From positions 1-44,435 of the forward strand of contig JAUCBJ010001644.1 of the NCBI GenBank assembly GCA_032718475.1: a stretch of 44,435 bases of DNA, given 5' to 3'. The notes below the pieces were generated by a model. It worked only from the letters and a program-made list of their open reading frames with translations. It was not told where the DNA came from and made no database searches. The translations under genes were made by a program, and so were the position numbers. Each line of letters opens with the position of its first letter. Position 1 is the first letter of the stretch. This DNA comes from Nemertoderma westbladi (lineage: Eukaryota > Animalia > Xenacoelomorpha). Positions 23,637-35,975 of the stretch are shown one piece after another.

Positions 23637-23794
23637 CTTCTATTTTGCGAACCCTCCGTTCCCACGGTATTAGGATGATAATCAGGTTATTCATGTTCCG
23701 TTTGAATCGATTCCAATACCGAAGGTAGGTCTCCTTGTAGTTATTTCTCCGACTTAACTTTTGGCCGTATTCCTGAAGGAAATGGTTCGACTGC
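23637..23794 (-). CDS. TMC: TMC-family channel, internal coding exon (absent from the ORF track)
   Basis: Manual translation (R)QSNHFLQEYGQKLSRRNNYKETYLRYWNRFKRNMNNLIIILIPWERRVRKIE(G), matching the TMC motif W.KFKR...N.....IPWE..IK.IE. Acceptor aatAG at 23796-23795, donor GTAGGT at 23636. 158 bp, phase 2/1, which joins both neighbouring exons in frame. Confidence 0.93.
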
Positions 23795-23942
23795 CTATTA
23801 TTGGAGTAAAATTAAATTATTAATAATATGATAATATAACAATGAATTTAATTTTAGCTCCTTTCAAGTCAAATCCAACATTGTAACCTTGTATTAATGT
23901 CCCTAGTATTAACTAATCCCTAGAATTAACTTGATTGGATCT

Positions 23943-26115
23943 GTTTGAAAGAGCTGCTTGCAAACCAAAGTTAACTGACCGCCATGGAAAAGCGTGGTTC
24001 GACATCGAATGTCGCTGTGCCAAAGAACAAATACTGAACAAACTAAACCAAACGAACAGGTCAGATGCAGATCGCCAAAATTACTTCATCGCCAGGAGGA
24101 AATACAAAGATCTCTTGCGACGTAAGAAGGTTCAGTACGAAGAAAGCAAGCTATTAGAAAAACTCGCACAATCCGAAATCACGCCGTGGATAATGCTCAA
24201 GGGAGAGAGCCATAACTCCCCAGCCACGATAGACAGTCTTACGCTTGAGGAGCACTTTAGGAAGTTGATTGGTACGGAATCAAACCCCGAAGGAATTGAT
24301 GAAACCCCGGAAGTAACTGACGCCGAGAAAGAGGATGATGCCTGGTACAATAAACCAATTACTGAGGCGGAAATCTCCGAAGCTGTTAACTCCACTTCGA
24401 ACCACAAGTCATGCGGGCCCGATAGAATATATTACGAGCTCGTGAAAGCATCACTTCCACTAATTCTCCACATACTAGTGATACTCTTCAACGCATGTTT
24501 GAACGTAGGAAAAATTCCAATAAGTTGGGCAATTAGTATAATTAAACTACTATATAAAGGAAAGGGAAGCAAATCAGTCCCGGACAACTATCGAGGAATC
24601 GCTCTCATTAGTGTTTTTCTCAAAATCCTCACAAAGGTTATCAACAGACGGGTTATCGCACATATAGAAGGTCTAATCGCAGCTATGCAGTTCAGGTTCC
24701 GACAGGGAAGGTCGACCATACACGCTATAAAGCTTCTACTATCGGATATATCTGCAACAATCAAAGCCCCGAGGTCACACAACTCACAGAGAACAATATT
24801 TTTGTCCTATTTATAGACTTCAGAAAAGCCTTTGATATGGTAAACAGAACTATTCTAGTGTATAAAATCTACAAAAACTTTGGCATCAAAGGAAAAACAC
24901 TCAATCTAATAAAGGCCCTCTTGAAAAACTCTGTGAAAATCTTTTTCTAATTTTTTAATTTTCTAATGTAATTGTTCAACTTCGGGGTATTTTGCAAGGG
25001 GATTCTTTGTCACCTACTTGCTTCCTGATGTTTATTGCGAACCTGGCACAAGTTCTTCAACAAATTGCTTCTACCATAAGATTCATATTTTTTGCTGGTG
25101 ACCTAGTTATATACTCGCTAAAGAACAGTGATATCCAAAACGCTCTAAACGAACTCTACAAATGGTCCATTAAAAACTCGATGGAATTAAATAATATGGG
25201 GAAAACCAAAATAATTAAATTTAGGAAAGGCGGTCAAACATCCAGGGCAGATGTATTCTACTACAACGGCGTCCGTACCGTTATGCAACGAATACGAGTA
25301 CCTAGGGGTCACCCTACAACCATCGTTATCATTCTCACGACACATAAACCAGAAGAAAAGGAAAGCTTTCTCAGCAATAGGATTCCTAAAAGATCTTCAC
25401 CATGTTTCTATTAACACTGGTCTAACTATCTTCCAAATGAAAATAGACCCTATGGTTAATTATGCCTTCACAGAGATCGCCAAATTCTTTACTCTCGCGA
25501 ACCTTAAACAAATTGATATCATCAAATCAACTTATGTGAAACGTCTTCTTGGTTTGCCAAAAAATGCATCTTCCACCGTGGCCCTGAAAATGATTCCAAC
25601 GAACACATACATAGAAGATTTGTCACTGCGTTATCCTTCAATGTTTGAACCTACTGTTCTAGAATAATATCGACTACATCGCCAGACAAAAGAAAGCTTA
25701 TTTGTTGCAGAAAATTATTCCGAAGGCCCTGCATTTACAACATCACAGTGGCGCTCTCCCGGCCAAAAGGATCGACACCTCATAACTCGAGTAACTGTCC
25801 ATGGTTTCCATTGGAAAATATGCCGAAATAAAACCCCCTTTCACGAACTTGGGGATGCCTGCACCTGTATCTACTGCGGGGGTCCTGCTTCCGACCGGCT
25901 CCATGCTATTAGATGTGCGAGTTGCCCTCACCTATCCCTTCTAGGAAGCCTCTAGTTCTGTCTTCGGATTATTCCCTTTTAGTATTATTTTTACCTATTA
26001 TATTTTAAATTATTTTAATTTCGTATTTTAAATTACACTGTATAATACTAATAGTTAATTAAATAAAACATAACCTGTTACCCCGCTCGGGGTGTTAATA
26101 TTAAAAAAAAAAAAA
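23943..26115 (+). mobile_element. 5'-truncated decayed APE-type LINE related to the element at 1-3570; poly(A) tail and 21-bp TSD
   Basis: Fragmented RT ORFs (23935, 24992, 25251): NYRGIAL, QGDSLSP, FAGD (mutated YADD), HGFHWKIC..CTCIYCG..H..RC. A13 at 26103-26115. TSD agaattaact[t/c]gattggatct at 23922-23942 and 26115-26135. Confidence 0.93.
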
Positions 26116-26254
26116 GAATTAACTCGATTGGATCTAACAATTGAACTTGATATTCGTAGCATCAAGATCAATTAACAATAATAGTATTGCTTAGAATTGA
26201 CAAAACCCAGTACCACCCTGCAGGCACAGCTAATGCAACCTGTCGGGCACAGTC

Positions 26255-26452
26255 TGGTGTAATATTAGCATTGTCTGTTTATCTTATTATGTAGTCCCAT
26301 ACTGCTACTGTGCTATACCATATTATGTTTGTTATTGGACTGCTGTACTGCTGTACAGCTGTAACTGGCAGCACTGCTATATTTGTTTATAACATTACTG
26401 TTCTCATTATAACGATATGGTTATTACAGTTCAAATCCTACTTAATACAACA
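26255..26452 (+). repeat. 5' LTR
   Basis: TGGTGTAATATT...AATACAACA; differs from the 3' LTR by about 9 substitutions and 1 indel (manual count, roughly 5%). Confidence 0.95.
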
Positions 26453-26464
26453 TGGCGCTGCGTG
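26453..26464 (+). promoter_or_regulatory. Primer-binding site, probably tRNA-Ser
   Basis: TGGCGCTGCG immediately after the 5' LTR, complementary to a tRNA 3' end ...CAGCGCCA. The tRNA-Ser assignment is inferred from remembered tRNA ends. Confidence 0.7.
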
Positions 26465-26507
26465 TAGTCGATTGAATTCTACGCAATAATAACAACCAAC
26501 TGTTGCT

Positions 26508-29500
26508 ATGTCTACAAAGGCGGAATTAGAAGCAGAATTAGCCACACTGAGAGAGCAACTTGTCGATCAAACGACGGATCCGAATCTTGCCGCATTGACG
26601 ATTTATTTCAACTCCCAGTTTGAACTTCAGAGGAAAGAATCGGAACTGCATTTAGCGATGATTAGAGAGGAATCCGATCGTAGGATCGACAGCATCCTGC
26701 ATGGTGCAACCCGACCACCATCTAATACGAAACCATTAAACATGGATATTCCTAAGCTTCAATCGCCCGAGGGTTTGTCCTTGAGGCAATTCGATGCATG
26801 GGGAATGCGTTGGAAAGATTATATGTCCGGAACAAAACTGAGCGAACGCAATTGGTCGGAACGTCGGTCAGTGTTAAGATTGGCAGTTAATGAGGAATGG
26901 ATTCAATTATGGGAAGAAGAAATACTCGGAATCACTATGGACGACGATGTTGAACAGATTATATTACTAATTCGAACTCACGTTCGAGGAAGGCGAGACG
27001 TTTTAATCGATCGAAGCGACTTCAGAATTCGAACGCAAAGTAGTGGCGAATCGTTCGACAAGTTCTACATGGAGCTCAGAATATTAGACAGTGCATGCAG
27101 TTGGAAAGCAGATACACCAGAATATCGAGAGGAGCGGATAATATCAGCCATAGTTTCAGGTATACACGCATCTAAGACATGGCAACGACTTCTCGAAACT
27201 CCAATAGAGGATCTTACCTTGAATTTAGTCATTCACCTTTGTCGTACATTAGAATCAGGAGAAAAGGCTGACAAACAGCTGGCATCAACCCAACCAAATT
27301 CCACTACAGTGGTCATTGTTGATCAAGTGGATAATGACGCCGCTGACAATGTTAACGCGATTTCTAATTATAAAGTCAACAAGCCTACTGTTACCAGCAG
27401 AGGAGCTACCAATGCTCAACCACCAACACAATCCAATAGCTGGAACCGGAGCTGGCACATAACTGGAGTGGCAGCAATAATGTGTGCGGGCATTGCGGAT
27501 TTCCTGCTGAACACTCATACACAAAGGGAAAATGCCCAGCGAAAGACATTATCTGCAGTGGATGCAAAAAAGTCGGCCATTACAAGCGGATGTGCAAGTC
27601 CATTAATCAAGTTGAGGTTGATATGGATGAGTACGATGGCAAAATTGGGGATGTTAATACGATAACCATCAATGCTGTTGATAAGAATCGCACAGATCTC
27701 GTGCTTCGAATACAGATTAAGTCACGACATGCTGATATTGCTTGGCTCTGTGACCCTGGGGCATTTGCTGACATTATGCCATACAGTGACTTTGCTATGC
27801 TTATTGATGACCTTGGAGGTGTTGAACTAAAGTGTGATGACATAACATTAACTGGCCCTGATAGTCGAATTCTAGAATCGCTTGGAGTGGCACCAATCAC
27901 TGTTGTGCATAATGGTAGAACCTATAAAACCAACATTCACATTCTGTCCGAGGCACGGACCCCGCTACTCAGTCGATCAGCATGCGTGTCACTAGGTTTA
28001 ATACCAAAAGACTGGCCCCACAGCACATTTAATGATATTAACTCACTCTCTCTATCAACCACCCAAAAAGACAAGGTATTCCACAGTGCTGTAACAGACA
28101 ACCATCAATCTACTAAATCAGGGTACAATGGAACTCTACCTAATGACGTCCGCAATAAACTCATTGAGGAGTTCATAGATATATTTCCGGACCTTGAGGA
28201 AAACAATGTACTTCCCCCTATGGTAGGATCCCCAATGAAGATCAAACTTAGTGAAGATGCCATACCACAAGCAATTTACCGCCCCTACAAAATATCAATT
28301 AATGATACACCAAAGATAAAGTCCCAACTTGATCAAATGGTTCAAAAGGGAATTGTCAGAAAGGTTCCAATAGATGAAATTACTGATTGGATCAGTTCCA
28401 TGGTAGTGGTTCCAAAGAAGAACTCAAGCGAACCGAGACTAACAGTAGACTTCACCAAACTTCATTGAGCAGTTCAGCGGCCTGGACACCCATCTAAGAT
28501 ACTTCCTCATGAGGTTGCTCAAATCAGTCCCGGGATGAGATTTTTCACTACATTAGATGCATGTCACGGGTACTGGCAAGTACCACTACACCCGGACAGT
28601 GTCCCACTCACAACGTTCATTACCCCATGGGGCTGTTATCAATATCTGCGGAACCCTATGGGGTTGATTTCAGCTGGGGACGAACATGATGCGAGGGGAG
28701 ACGAAGCATTCGATCAAATAGATATTGTGTGGAAAATTGTAGAAGACATCATTATTTATGATAAAAGCCCCATTGAACATTATCAACGAGTAAAAGCGGT
28801 TCTTAATCGATGTCGGGAGTATGGCATTACTCTGAATCGGAATAAGTTCATATATGGTGAGAAGGAGGTCGACTGGTGTGGATACCGCATCACATCAGAT
28901 GGTTACACCATAACACCAGATCTTGTCAAAGCACTGAAGTACTTCCCCATACCACAAAAATAAAACTGATGTACGCTCATTCTGTGGGCTAATTCAACAG
29001 TTAGCAAGTTCACTGCTGATCTAGCAACATTAGATACTCCTATCAATGCAATCCTTTCTAAAGATACACCATTCATATGGGAGGCACCGCAACAAGAAGC
29101 ATTTAATAAAATTATCCCGGTGCAAACATCACCGAGGATTTTGGCTAATTTCACCTATGGGGCACCATTAGTTTTGGAGACAGATGCTGCTCAGTCTCGC
29201 GGATTGGGCTATGCCCTATGGCAGCAGCCACACATAGGGGAACCATTTCGTTTACTCGCATGTGGTTCTAGAACAGTCACAGCCGCAGAATCACGATACT
29301 CTGCAACAGAGGCTGAGTTACTAGCTGTGGTCTGTGCCACTTATTTCTGCGAGGTGCCAAGTATTGCCTGGTCGTCGATCACCAACCTCTTATATCCATA
29401 TTGAATCAAAAATCACTGTCGGAATTACCGTCGCCGCGCATTGTTTGCCTTTGTGAACATTTGTCATGCGAAAACCTAACTGCAACATGGCGGAAAGGGA

Positions 29501-30960
29501 CAGACCATACAGTTTCAGACATGTTTTCACGGTACCCAGCGGACAAGCCAGACACCTCGGATGAGAAACTTACCTGCAGTGTTGAGTCATCCATCGGGGA
29601 TATGATAAATTCAATAATTGAAACAGGGGGTAATGGAACTGCAGATGACCTGCACATAAAAAATATTGACCACGAGTCAACCAGAGACCCAGTTATCAAG
29701 AAATTATATCAGATGGTTAATTCAGGATTCCCAGCACTAAAAAAGGACCTAGATCCCGAACTCTCTCCCTATTGGACAATACGCCACCAATTATCACTAT
29801 TTGGAAACATTGTATTAAATGGATCTCGCATAATTATTCCTACAACAATGCGTTGTGGAGTCCTTCATCATCTCCATAGTGCCCATCAGGGACAAGAACG
29901 TATGTTGCGTCGTGCTCGCCAAATGATCTATTGGCCTGGTCTTACTAATGACGTAACTAACATCGTCAGTAGATGGAATGAGTGTGAAACACATAAAGAC
30001 AGCCAAAGAGCTGAGCTACTCATACACCAACAATCCCCGGTAACAGCATATCAGCAGATCTCTTTGAGAATGAAGGATGGAGTTACTAGTGATCACGGAC
30101 AAATATTCAGGATCGCCATGTATTTATTTCTGTGGCAAGAACGGCCTTACTGGCATCACCACAGCCGTTGTCATTAAACATTTCCATAACTGGATGCGGG
30201 ATTTTGGTATACCATGTCAGTTAACAACCGACAATGGACCCCAATTTAAATCGAACGAGTTCATAACGTTCTGCAATAACAATGTTATATCATATAACCC
30301 TTCATCACCCTACAACCACCAATCTAACGGTTATGCAGAGTCTGCAGTAAAGGCGATTAAATCTCTTGTAATAAAAGTCGATCGAGATGTAAACTCCATC
30401 AATTTCAACAAATCTTTACTGGAATTCTACAATACGCCAAAGAATGATGGTCTGAGTCCAGCTCAGAGACGGGTTGGTTACACAACCAGGACACATATAC
30501 CGAAACTAAATTATAGTCATGTTACATTCATGGAAGTTGAAGAAGAGAATGGGAATGGGATGGAAGAGAGATTCTGTCAGAGAAATCATCCAAATTATGG
30601 GATCGTGGCTCCAGGTTATTGAAACCACTACAAATCAATGATAGAGTTCGTATTCAATCGAATAAATCGGGTACGTGGGAAATGACAGACACAATAATGT
30701 CTCAAAATTATCGGGGACGAAGTTATAAAGTAAAGGCAGACAACGAAACGGTCTATTGGCACAATCGCCGCTTTCTTCGGCCCATACTTGAACCAGACTC
30801 AGACAACACTAATCAACAGCTTGTTAATAAGTCGTATGGCGACACCATCGATGACAATGATGGGCGACCAAACCCAACCCAGTCACGAAGTTATTCGGAA
30901 GTAGTTCAAATGTCACCACCAAGACGAAGCCGTCGCTTGCAAGGAATGGATCCTGCATAA
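26508..30960 (+). pseudogene. Frameshifted gag-pol of the Mag-like element
   Basis: Gag (26508) with zinc knuckles CGHCG..H..C and CSGCKKVGHYKRMC; protease DPGA (degenerate DTGA); RT LDACHGYWQ and VEDI (degenerate VDDI); RNase H LETDAA; integrase HSAHQG, TDNGPQF, QSNGYAESAVK; several stops and frameshifts. Confidence 0.9.
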
Positions 30961-31064
30961 ATGAGTAACTGTAAGGGTGAAGGGAGGCATGGAGTAAAAC
31001 AGTATTATTGTACTATTGTACTGAAATGATAGAGAAATGTTAAACTCAATGGTGAAGGGAGGCA

Positions 31065-31261
31065 TGGTGTAATATTAGCAATGTCTGTTTATCTTATTAT
31101 GTAGTCATGTACTGCTACTGTGCTATACCATATTATGTTTGTTATTGGACTGCAGTACTGCTGTACTGCTGTAACTGGTAGCACTGCTATATTTGTTTAT
31201 AACATTACTGTTGCATTATAACAATATGGTTATTACAGTTCAAATCCTACTTAATACAACA
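31065..31261 (+). repeat. 3' LTR
   Basis: Direct repeat of 26255-26452, preceded by the purine tract GGTGAAGGGAGGCA (31051-31064). Confidence 0.95.
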
Positions 31262-31429
31262 CAGTCTGTGCATGGTCTATTGCAGCCGTCTGGAGGAATC
31301 TTGGTTCTCAATCAGTGATACATTCATGAAATGTCTGCTAGAAGACACAAGTCTTGATGATGCTTTTTTATGGTTAATCGCAAACTATGGAGGTGCTGTA
31401 TGAGCTAAGAAGGAGCAAAGTATATGGGA

Positions 31430-34400
31430 CTTCGGGATAGCGTTTCAAATACTCATGGAAGGGTTTTGGGGAAAATTCTTGAATCTACGAATAGATTGAT
31501 CGTAAATAATCTCTGTGTGGATGGGAAACACTATAAGGGGAACTTACATACAGGAAGGGTACTAAATGGATTTCCGATATTGATTTCGCGGTGACCTCTA
31601 CTACTAGTACTACTACTACTAGGATCGGCATGCTGCATTGCAGCTGCATTTTTAAGAATGCTGTGCCGGCTTGTCAACAAAATTGCACCGCCACAACTCC
31701 CTATCACCCATGACATTTGCTAGATCATCCGCATCTTTAAGGCCAGTGTCCTTTAAGATGCGTCTCAAAAAAGTCATGGGCTGTCCACCATGCTTATTCA
31801 CTCCATGAGGCTGCCAAAGTACAAGATTATGCACTGGCTGGTCCTCACGGCGAAAGCAATGTCCTGCAAAGCGGAGGCGATTTTGTTCTAGTGTCAAGCT
31901 TGGGGGAACCAATGAGACACCTCCAATGTTATATAGTGTCTGGGTGGAGATGTGTGCATTGTACTTGACACAATGAACCCGGCGTAGCATTCTTGTGAAT
32001 GTGCCATCCATAGATTTGGTGTCCTCAGCAGTTAGAGCCCAGCATGGACTCCCGTAGAGGAGTACTGGAACTACTGCTGCTCTAAATAATCGGACCTTAA
32101 GTTTCCAATTAATTCTCGGTGACTTCCAAATCCTGGAAAGCCTATTCAAGGCTGCCCATGCCTTTCCCTTACGTATTCGAAGGTCCTCACCTGACTTCCG
32201 GATCCACGATCCCAGGTAACAGAAGTCGTCCACATGCTCAAGCATACCATCCTTTGAGCTTATGCTCATCCGATCAGAGACTTGCTGAGGACTTTCAAAG
32301 TTAACTGTCAGAATTTTGGTCTTTCTGGAGTTAATAAAAAGACCAACACTAGAAACAGCATGTTCTAATGAGCTGAGGAGCCGTTGGGCTCCCTCTAATG
32401 ATTCTGAGAGTACTCCTAAGTCATCAGCAAAGTCTAGATCAGATAGGTACTTGGCAGGATTTCCTCGACTTCTGGAGCCAGTAGGTGGAGTTATCATCAC
32501 CCCATCATCATTATGATGATCTAAGGACATGCGTAGAACATAGTCAACCACAATAATGAACAAGAATGGTGCAAGTGTGTCTCCTTGCAGGACGCCCCAT
32601 AACACTTCAAATGGTTCTGTGTCACCGTCCTCACCATGGCGGTGACCTCACCATGTGACTTAAATAAGATTTCGGACTTCATTGTACATTCAACCCAGAA
32701 AGGATCGGACCACGCCCCCATCAGTAGTGTGGAGCTGGCAGACTCCGCCTGGACACCATCTCCAGAATCTCTTCTATCTCGCTCAGCTGAGTTTGGCAAG
32801 TCAGTTTACGATGAGTGGGTGGAAAGGACAATTCCTAGACTGGGGGCCGACCCTACAGGGCGTGATTCTAAACGTGTTGATATCGAGAGGTTTACTAAAC
32901 ACTTAAAATCGAATGACCCACCGAGTATCAATGATTCTATCTCTACAAGCGCTATTGAGTCTAGTATTGACATATCTTAATAACCTCATCGATGCCGCTG
33001 CTAAAGTTAACCCCCGCCGCGAAAATGAACAGACATCTGACATCTGACAACTGAGGATGAATTTCGAGGTCATTTCGAAGAACTCTGAAACCCCGAGAAC
33101 GAACCCGAGGTCTATGGAAATACGACAGAATTACCTAACCCTTACATCCCATGCCTGGACGACCCTTTCAGTGAAAGGGAGTTTGCTTCGGTCCTCAGTG
33201 ATATCAAAACTAATAAAGGATACATTGGCATTAATCCACGATTGTTTGTGTCTCTACCCGGGAATTGGCTTATATTTTTTCTTGGGAATATTTTATGCAA
33301 TATTCGGAATACACTGGGCTCCTTCCAGTTGGGCGTTTAGTAAATTAATAATTATATTTAAATCGGGTAAAGTTATTGTATGTGGGAATAACCGTGGCAT
33401 TAGTGTTTCTAAAACTTTGGCTAAATTGTACGACATGATGTTAAATACGAGACTATTAAAATGGTGGTCTATTGATAGTTGTCAGGCGGGTGGGCAGACC
33501 AATAGGGGTTGCCTTGAACAAATTATTACATTACGCTGGCTGTATTTAAGAAATATAAGTTATACTAGTTATCTTTGTGGACTTCAGCAAAACATACGAT
33601 AGAGTTCCGCGTAAAAAAATACTTGATTACTTACTTATTAGGATGTGGAAATCAAATGTTATTGCCTTTAAATAGCTTATTATTAAGTTCACTAAGTCTA
33701 TTTTATATAAATGCACTAAGTCTATTTTACGTACGGCCGTTATTATAACTACAGTAGGTGTACGTCAAGGATCTGCCACTAGCGTAACACTGTTTTGTAT
33801 TTATGTTAACAAATTAGTGCTTATGATAAAAGAGGCTTACGACGGTGATGGATTTCTAGGGTCCTTACAAATACTACTATTGATGGATGATACTGTTATT
33901 CTATCTACGTCGTACAATAACTGTATATGAAAAATACAAATTTTACGGAAATATTGTAAAGAATATGGAATGCAAATAAATGTAAAAAAAAACAAAATTT
34001 TTTGTAATAAATGGTGTTGCACAGGATCGACGGGATATAATAGTAGACAACGAAGTAATTGGTTACAGTTCTCATTACACATACCTAGTGTCTAATTTTA
34101 CAGATGACGGTAAAATGTCTACTATGCTCCGTATACATGAACAGAAATGCTTAGACACTGTAAATAAGTTCTTAATATTTTGTGGAAAAAATTGTAATGT
34201 GCCATTTGTATACAAAAGGAGAGTTTTTGAAACTTGTGTCCAATTGTCTTCAATTGTCTATGGCAGTGAATCGTGGTTGTCAGATAATGTCAAATCGTTA
34301 GAAAGACTAAACATTAGAATGATTAAGGTACTTCTTTCCGTAAGACCCCAGACGCCCAACGATATTTGTTTAATCGAAGGCGGCTTCTCCAAATTAATAG

Positions 34401-34781
34401 ATATTATTAGGAGAAATAGGAAGAATTACCTAAGTAAGATTATAAAGAGCTCTAACAGTCACTTACCTATTAACCAAGTGTTTGAACTGTGCAGTACTGA
34501 GAAATTACCCAGCTTTATAAAACTAATGTCCGTTCTTGAAAAACCCTGATACCAAGGTAGGATTAAGTGAATCCAAAAAACATATTTTAAATAAACCAGA
34601 TACAGTCTCACAGTATGTGACGTACCGGTCTACAATAATTAATAGCGAACTTAGTGCCCATGTAATATATTCATCTAAGCTTTACATACCCGACTATTTA
34701 CGTAAGAGTTTTACTAGACTCAGGTTGTCTTCCCATAATCTGTATATTGAAAAAGGCCGTTGGAGTAGAGTACCTAGAGAG
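31430..34781 (+). mobile_element. Decayed APE-type LINE ORF2 (EN + RT with LMDD), interrupted by an RTE-B insertion and cut off at 34782
   Basis: EN C-terminal motifs read across the insertion: TYRKGTKWISDIDFAVT|SPC...SDHAPI. RT motifs NRGIS, QAGGQ..RGCLEQI, GVRQG, LLLMDDTVIL; C-terminal RLRLSSHNLYIEKGRW. Many frameshifts. Confidence 0.85.
31599..32629 (-). mobile_element. 5'-truncated RTE-clade LINE, family B copy 1; (TAG)n tail, 11-bp TSD
   Basis: Open RT C-terminal ORF 31652-32605; TSD GCGGTGACCTC at 31588-31598 and 32639-32649. Confidence 0.95.
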
Positions 34782-35384
34782 AAGATTATGCACTGGCTGG
34801 TCCTCACGGCGAAAGCAATGTCCTGCAAAGCGGAGGCGATTTTGTTCTAGTGTCAAGCTTGGGGGAACCAATGAGACACCTCCAATGTTATATAGTGTCT
34901 GGTTGGAGATGTGTGCATTGTACTTGACACAATGAACCCGGCGTAGCATTCTTGTGAATGTGCCATCCAGAGATTTGGTGTCCTCAGCAGTTAGAGCCCA
35001 GCATGGACTCCCGTAGAGGAGTACTGGAACTACTGCTGCTCTAAATAATCGGACCTTAATTTTTCGATTAATTCTCGGTGACTTCCAAATCCTGGAAAGC
35101 CTATTCAAGGCTGCCCATGCCTTTCCCTTACGTATTCGAAGGTCCTCACCTGACTTCCGGATCCATGATCCCAGGTAACAGAAGTCGTCCACATGCTCAA
35201 GCATACCATCCTTTGAGCTTATGCTCATCCGATCAGAGACTTGCTGAGGACTTTCAAAGTTAACTGTCAGAATTTTGGTCTTTCTGGAGTTAATAAAAAG
35301 ACCAACACTAGAAGCAGCATGTTCTAATGAGCTGAGGAGCCGTTGGGCTCCCTCTAATGATTCTGAGAGTACTCCTAAGTCATC
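34782..35384 (-). mobile_element. RTE family B copy 2, internal fragment without tail
   Basis: Near-identical to 31824-32425; abuts the broken end of the LMDD LINE; no TSD seen. Confidence 0.9.
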
Positions 35385-35975
35385 TAATAGGGTTAAGCGG
35401 TGACTGAAATCCGTATCTCTATATTTGGAGATAAAAAATTATAAAATATATTATAATTTTGGAATTTACGATCATTACCGCATGTTTACTTCCCCAGCAC
35501 TGAATCTTAAAATACCATCTCGGCTAATTAATATCTCGTCTCGGCTAATTAACGATCTTAGTTATCAATTAACGGAAAGGAAGAGGTTAGGGTTGAATTT
35601 CACTTTGATGTGAATATAAACTATATTCAATTGCACAGGTAACAGTTTATTCTTTGCTTGTAATCAGCCCCTATTTTATTGAATTTTCTCCTGGAAATGG
35701 TACAATTAAGTGTGCGGCAAGACAGCTGTCCCTCTGGCGGCATACTTTAAGACTTTGCAGACAGGAACCTGAAGCCTCTTTACAAAGAACCAGTGTATGG
35801 TGTAGTACATAAAGAACAGATTATAAACGACGAAATTGGATGAGGTTTTGGACTGGAGAATCGGTAGATCGATGCCCTTTTCGAGATTTGTGGGTGTTTA
35901 TATATTCAACATTTCGCCATCTAGCGGAAGTATGTTAAACTAAAGATGCTCGCTAACTCCCATAGTACTGTATTA

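Larger units (their letters stand above)
26255..31261 (+). mobile_element. Full-length but decayed Ty3/gypsy LTR retrotransposon, Mag-like
   Basis: TG...CA LTRs of about 198 bp, 5-bp TSD CAGTC (26250-26254 and 31262-31266), PBS, PPT, and gag-PR-RT-RH-IN order. Short LTRs, 5-bp TSD and CPAK..C..C.K.GH....C knuckle fit the Mag lineage. Confidence 0.93.
26205..31410 (+). mobile_element. Old decayed RTE 3' fragment split by the LTR element (about 26205-26254 plus 31262-31410)
   Basis: Rejoined flanks give TLQAQLMQPVGHS..., VHGLLQPSG and TFMKCLLEDTSLDDA, resembling the RTE C-terminus TLQKRRLMLAGHC...TFLRRILKDTGLKDA. Confidence 0.55.

Noticed and set aside
23717-23742. Helitron-like 3' end (TACC-GAA-GGTA hairpin plus CTTGT) and inverted repeat with 23631-23640
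   Set aside because: The sequence lies inside the in-frame TMC exon (YKETYLRYW) and its splice donor, so the resemblance is coincidental.
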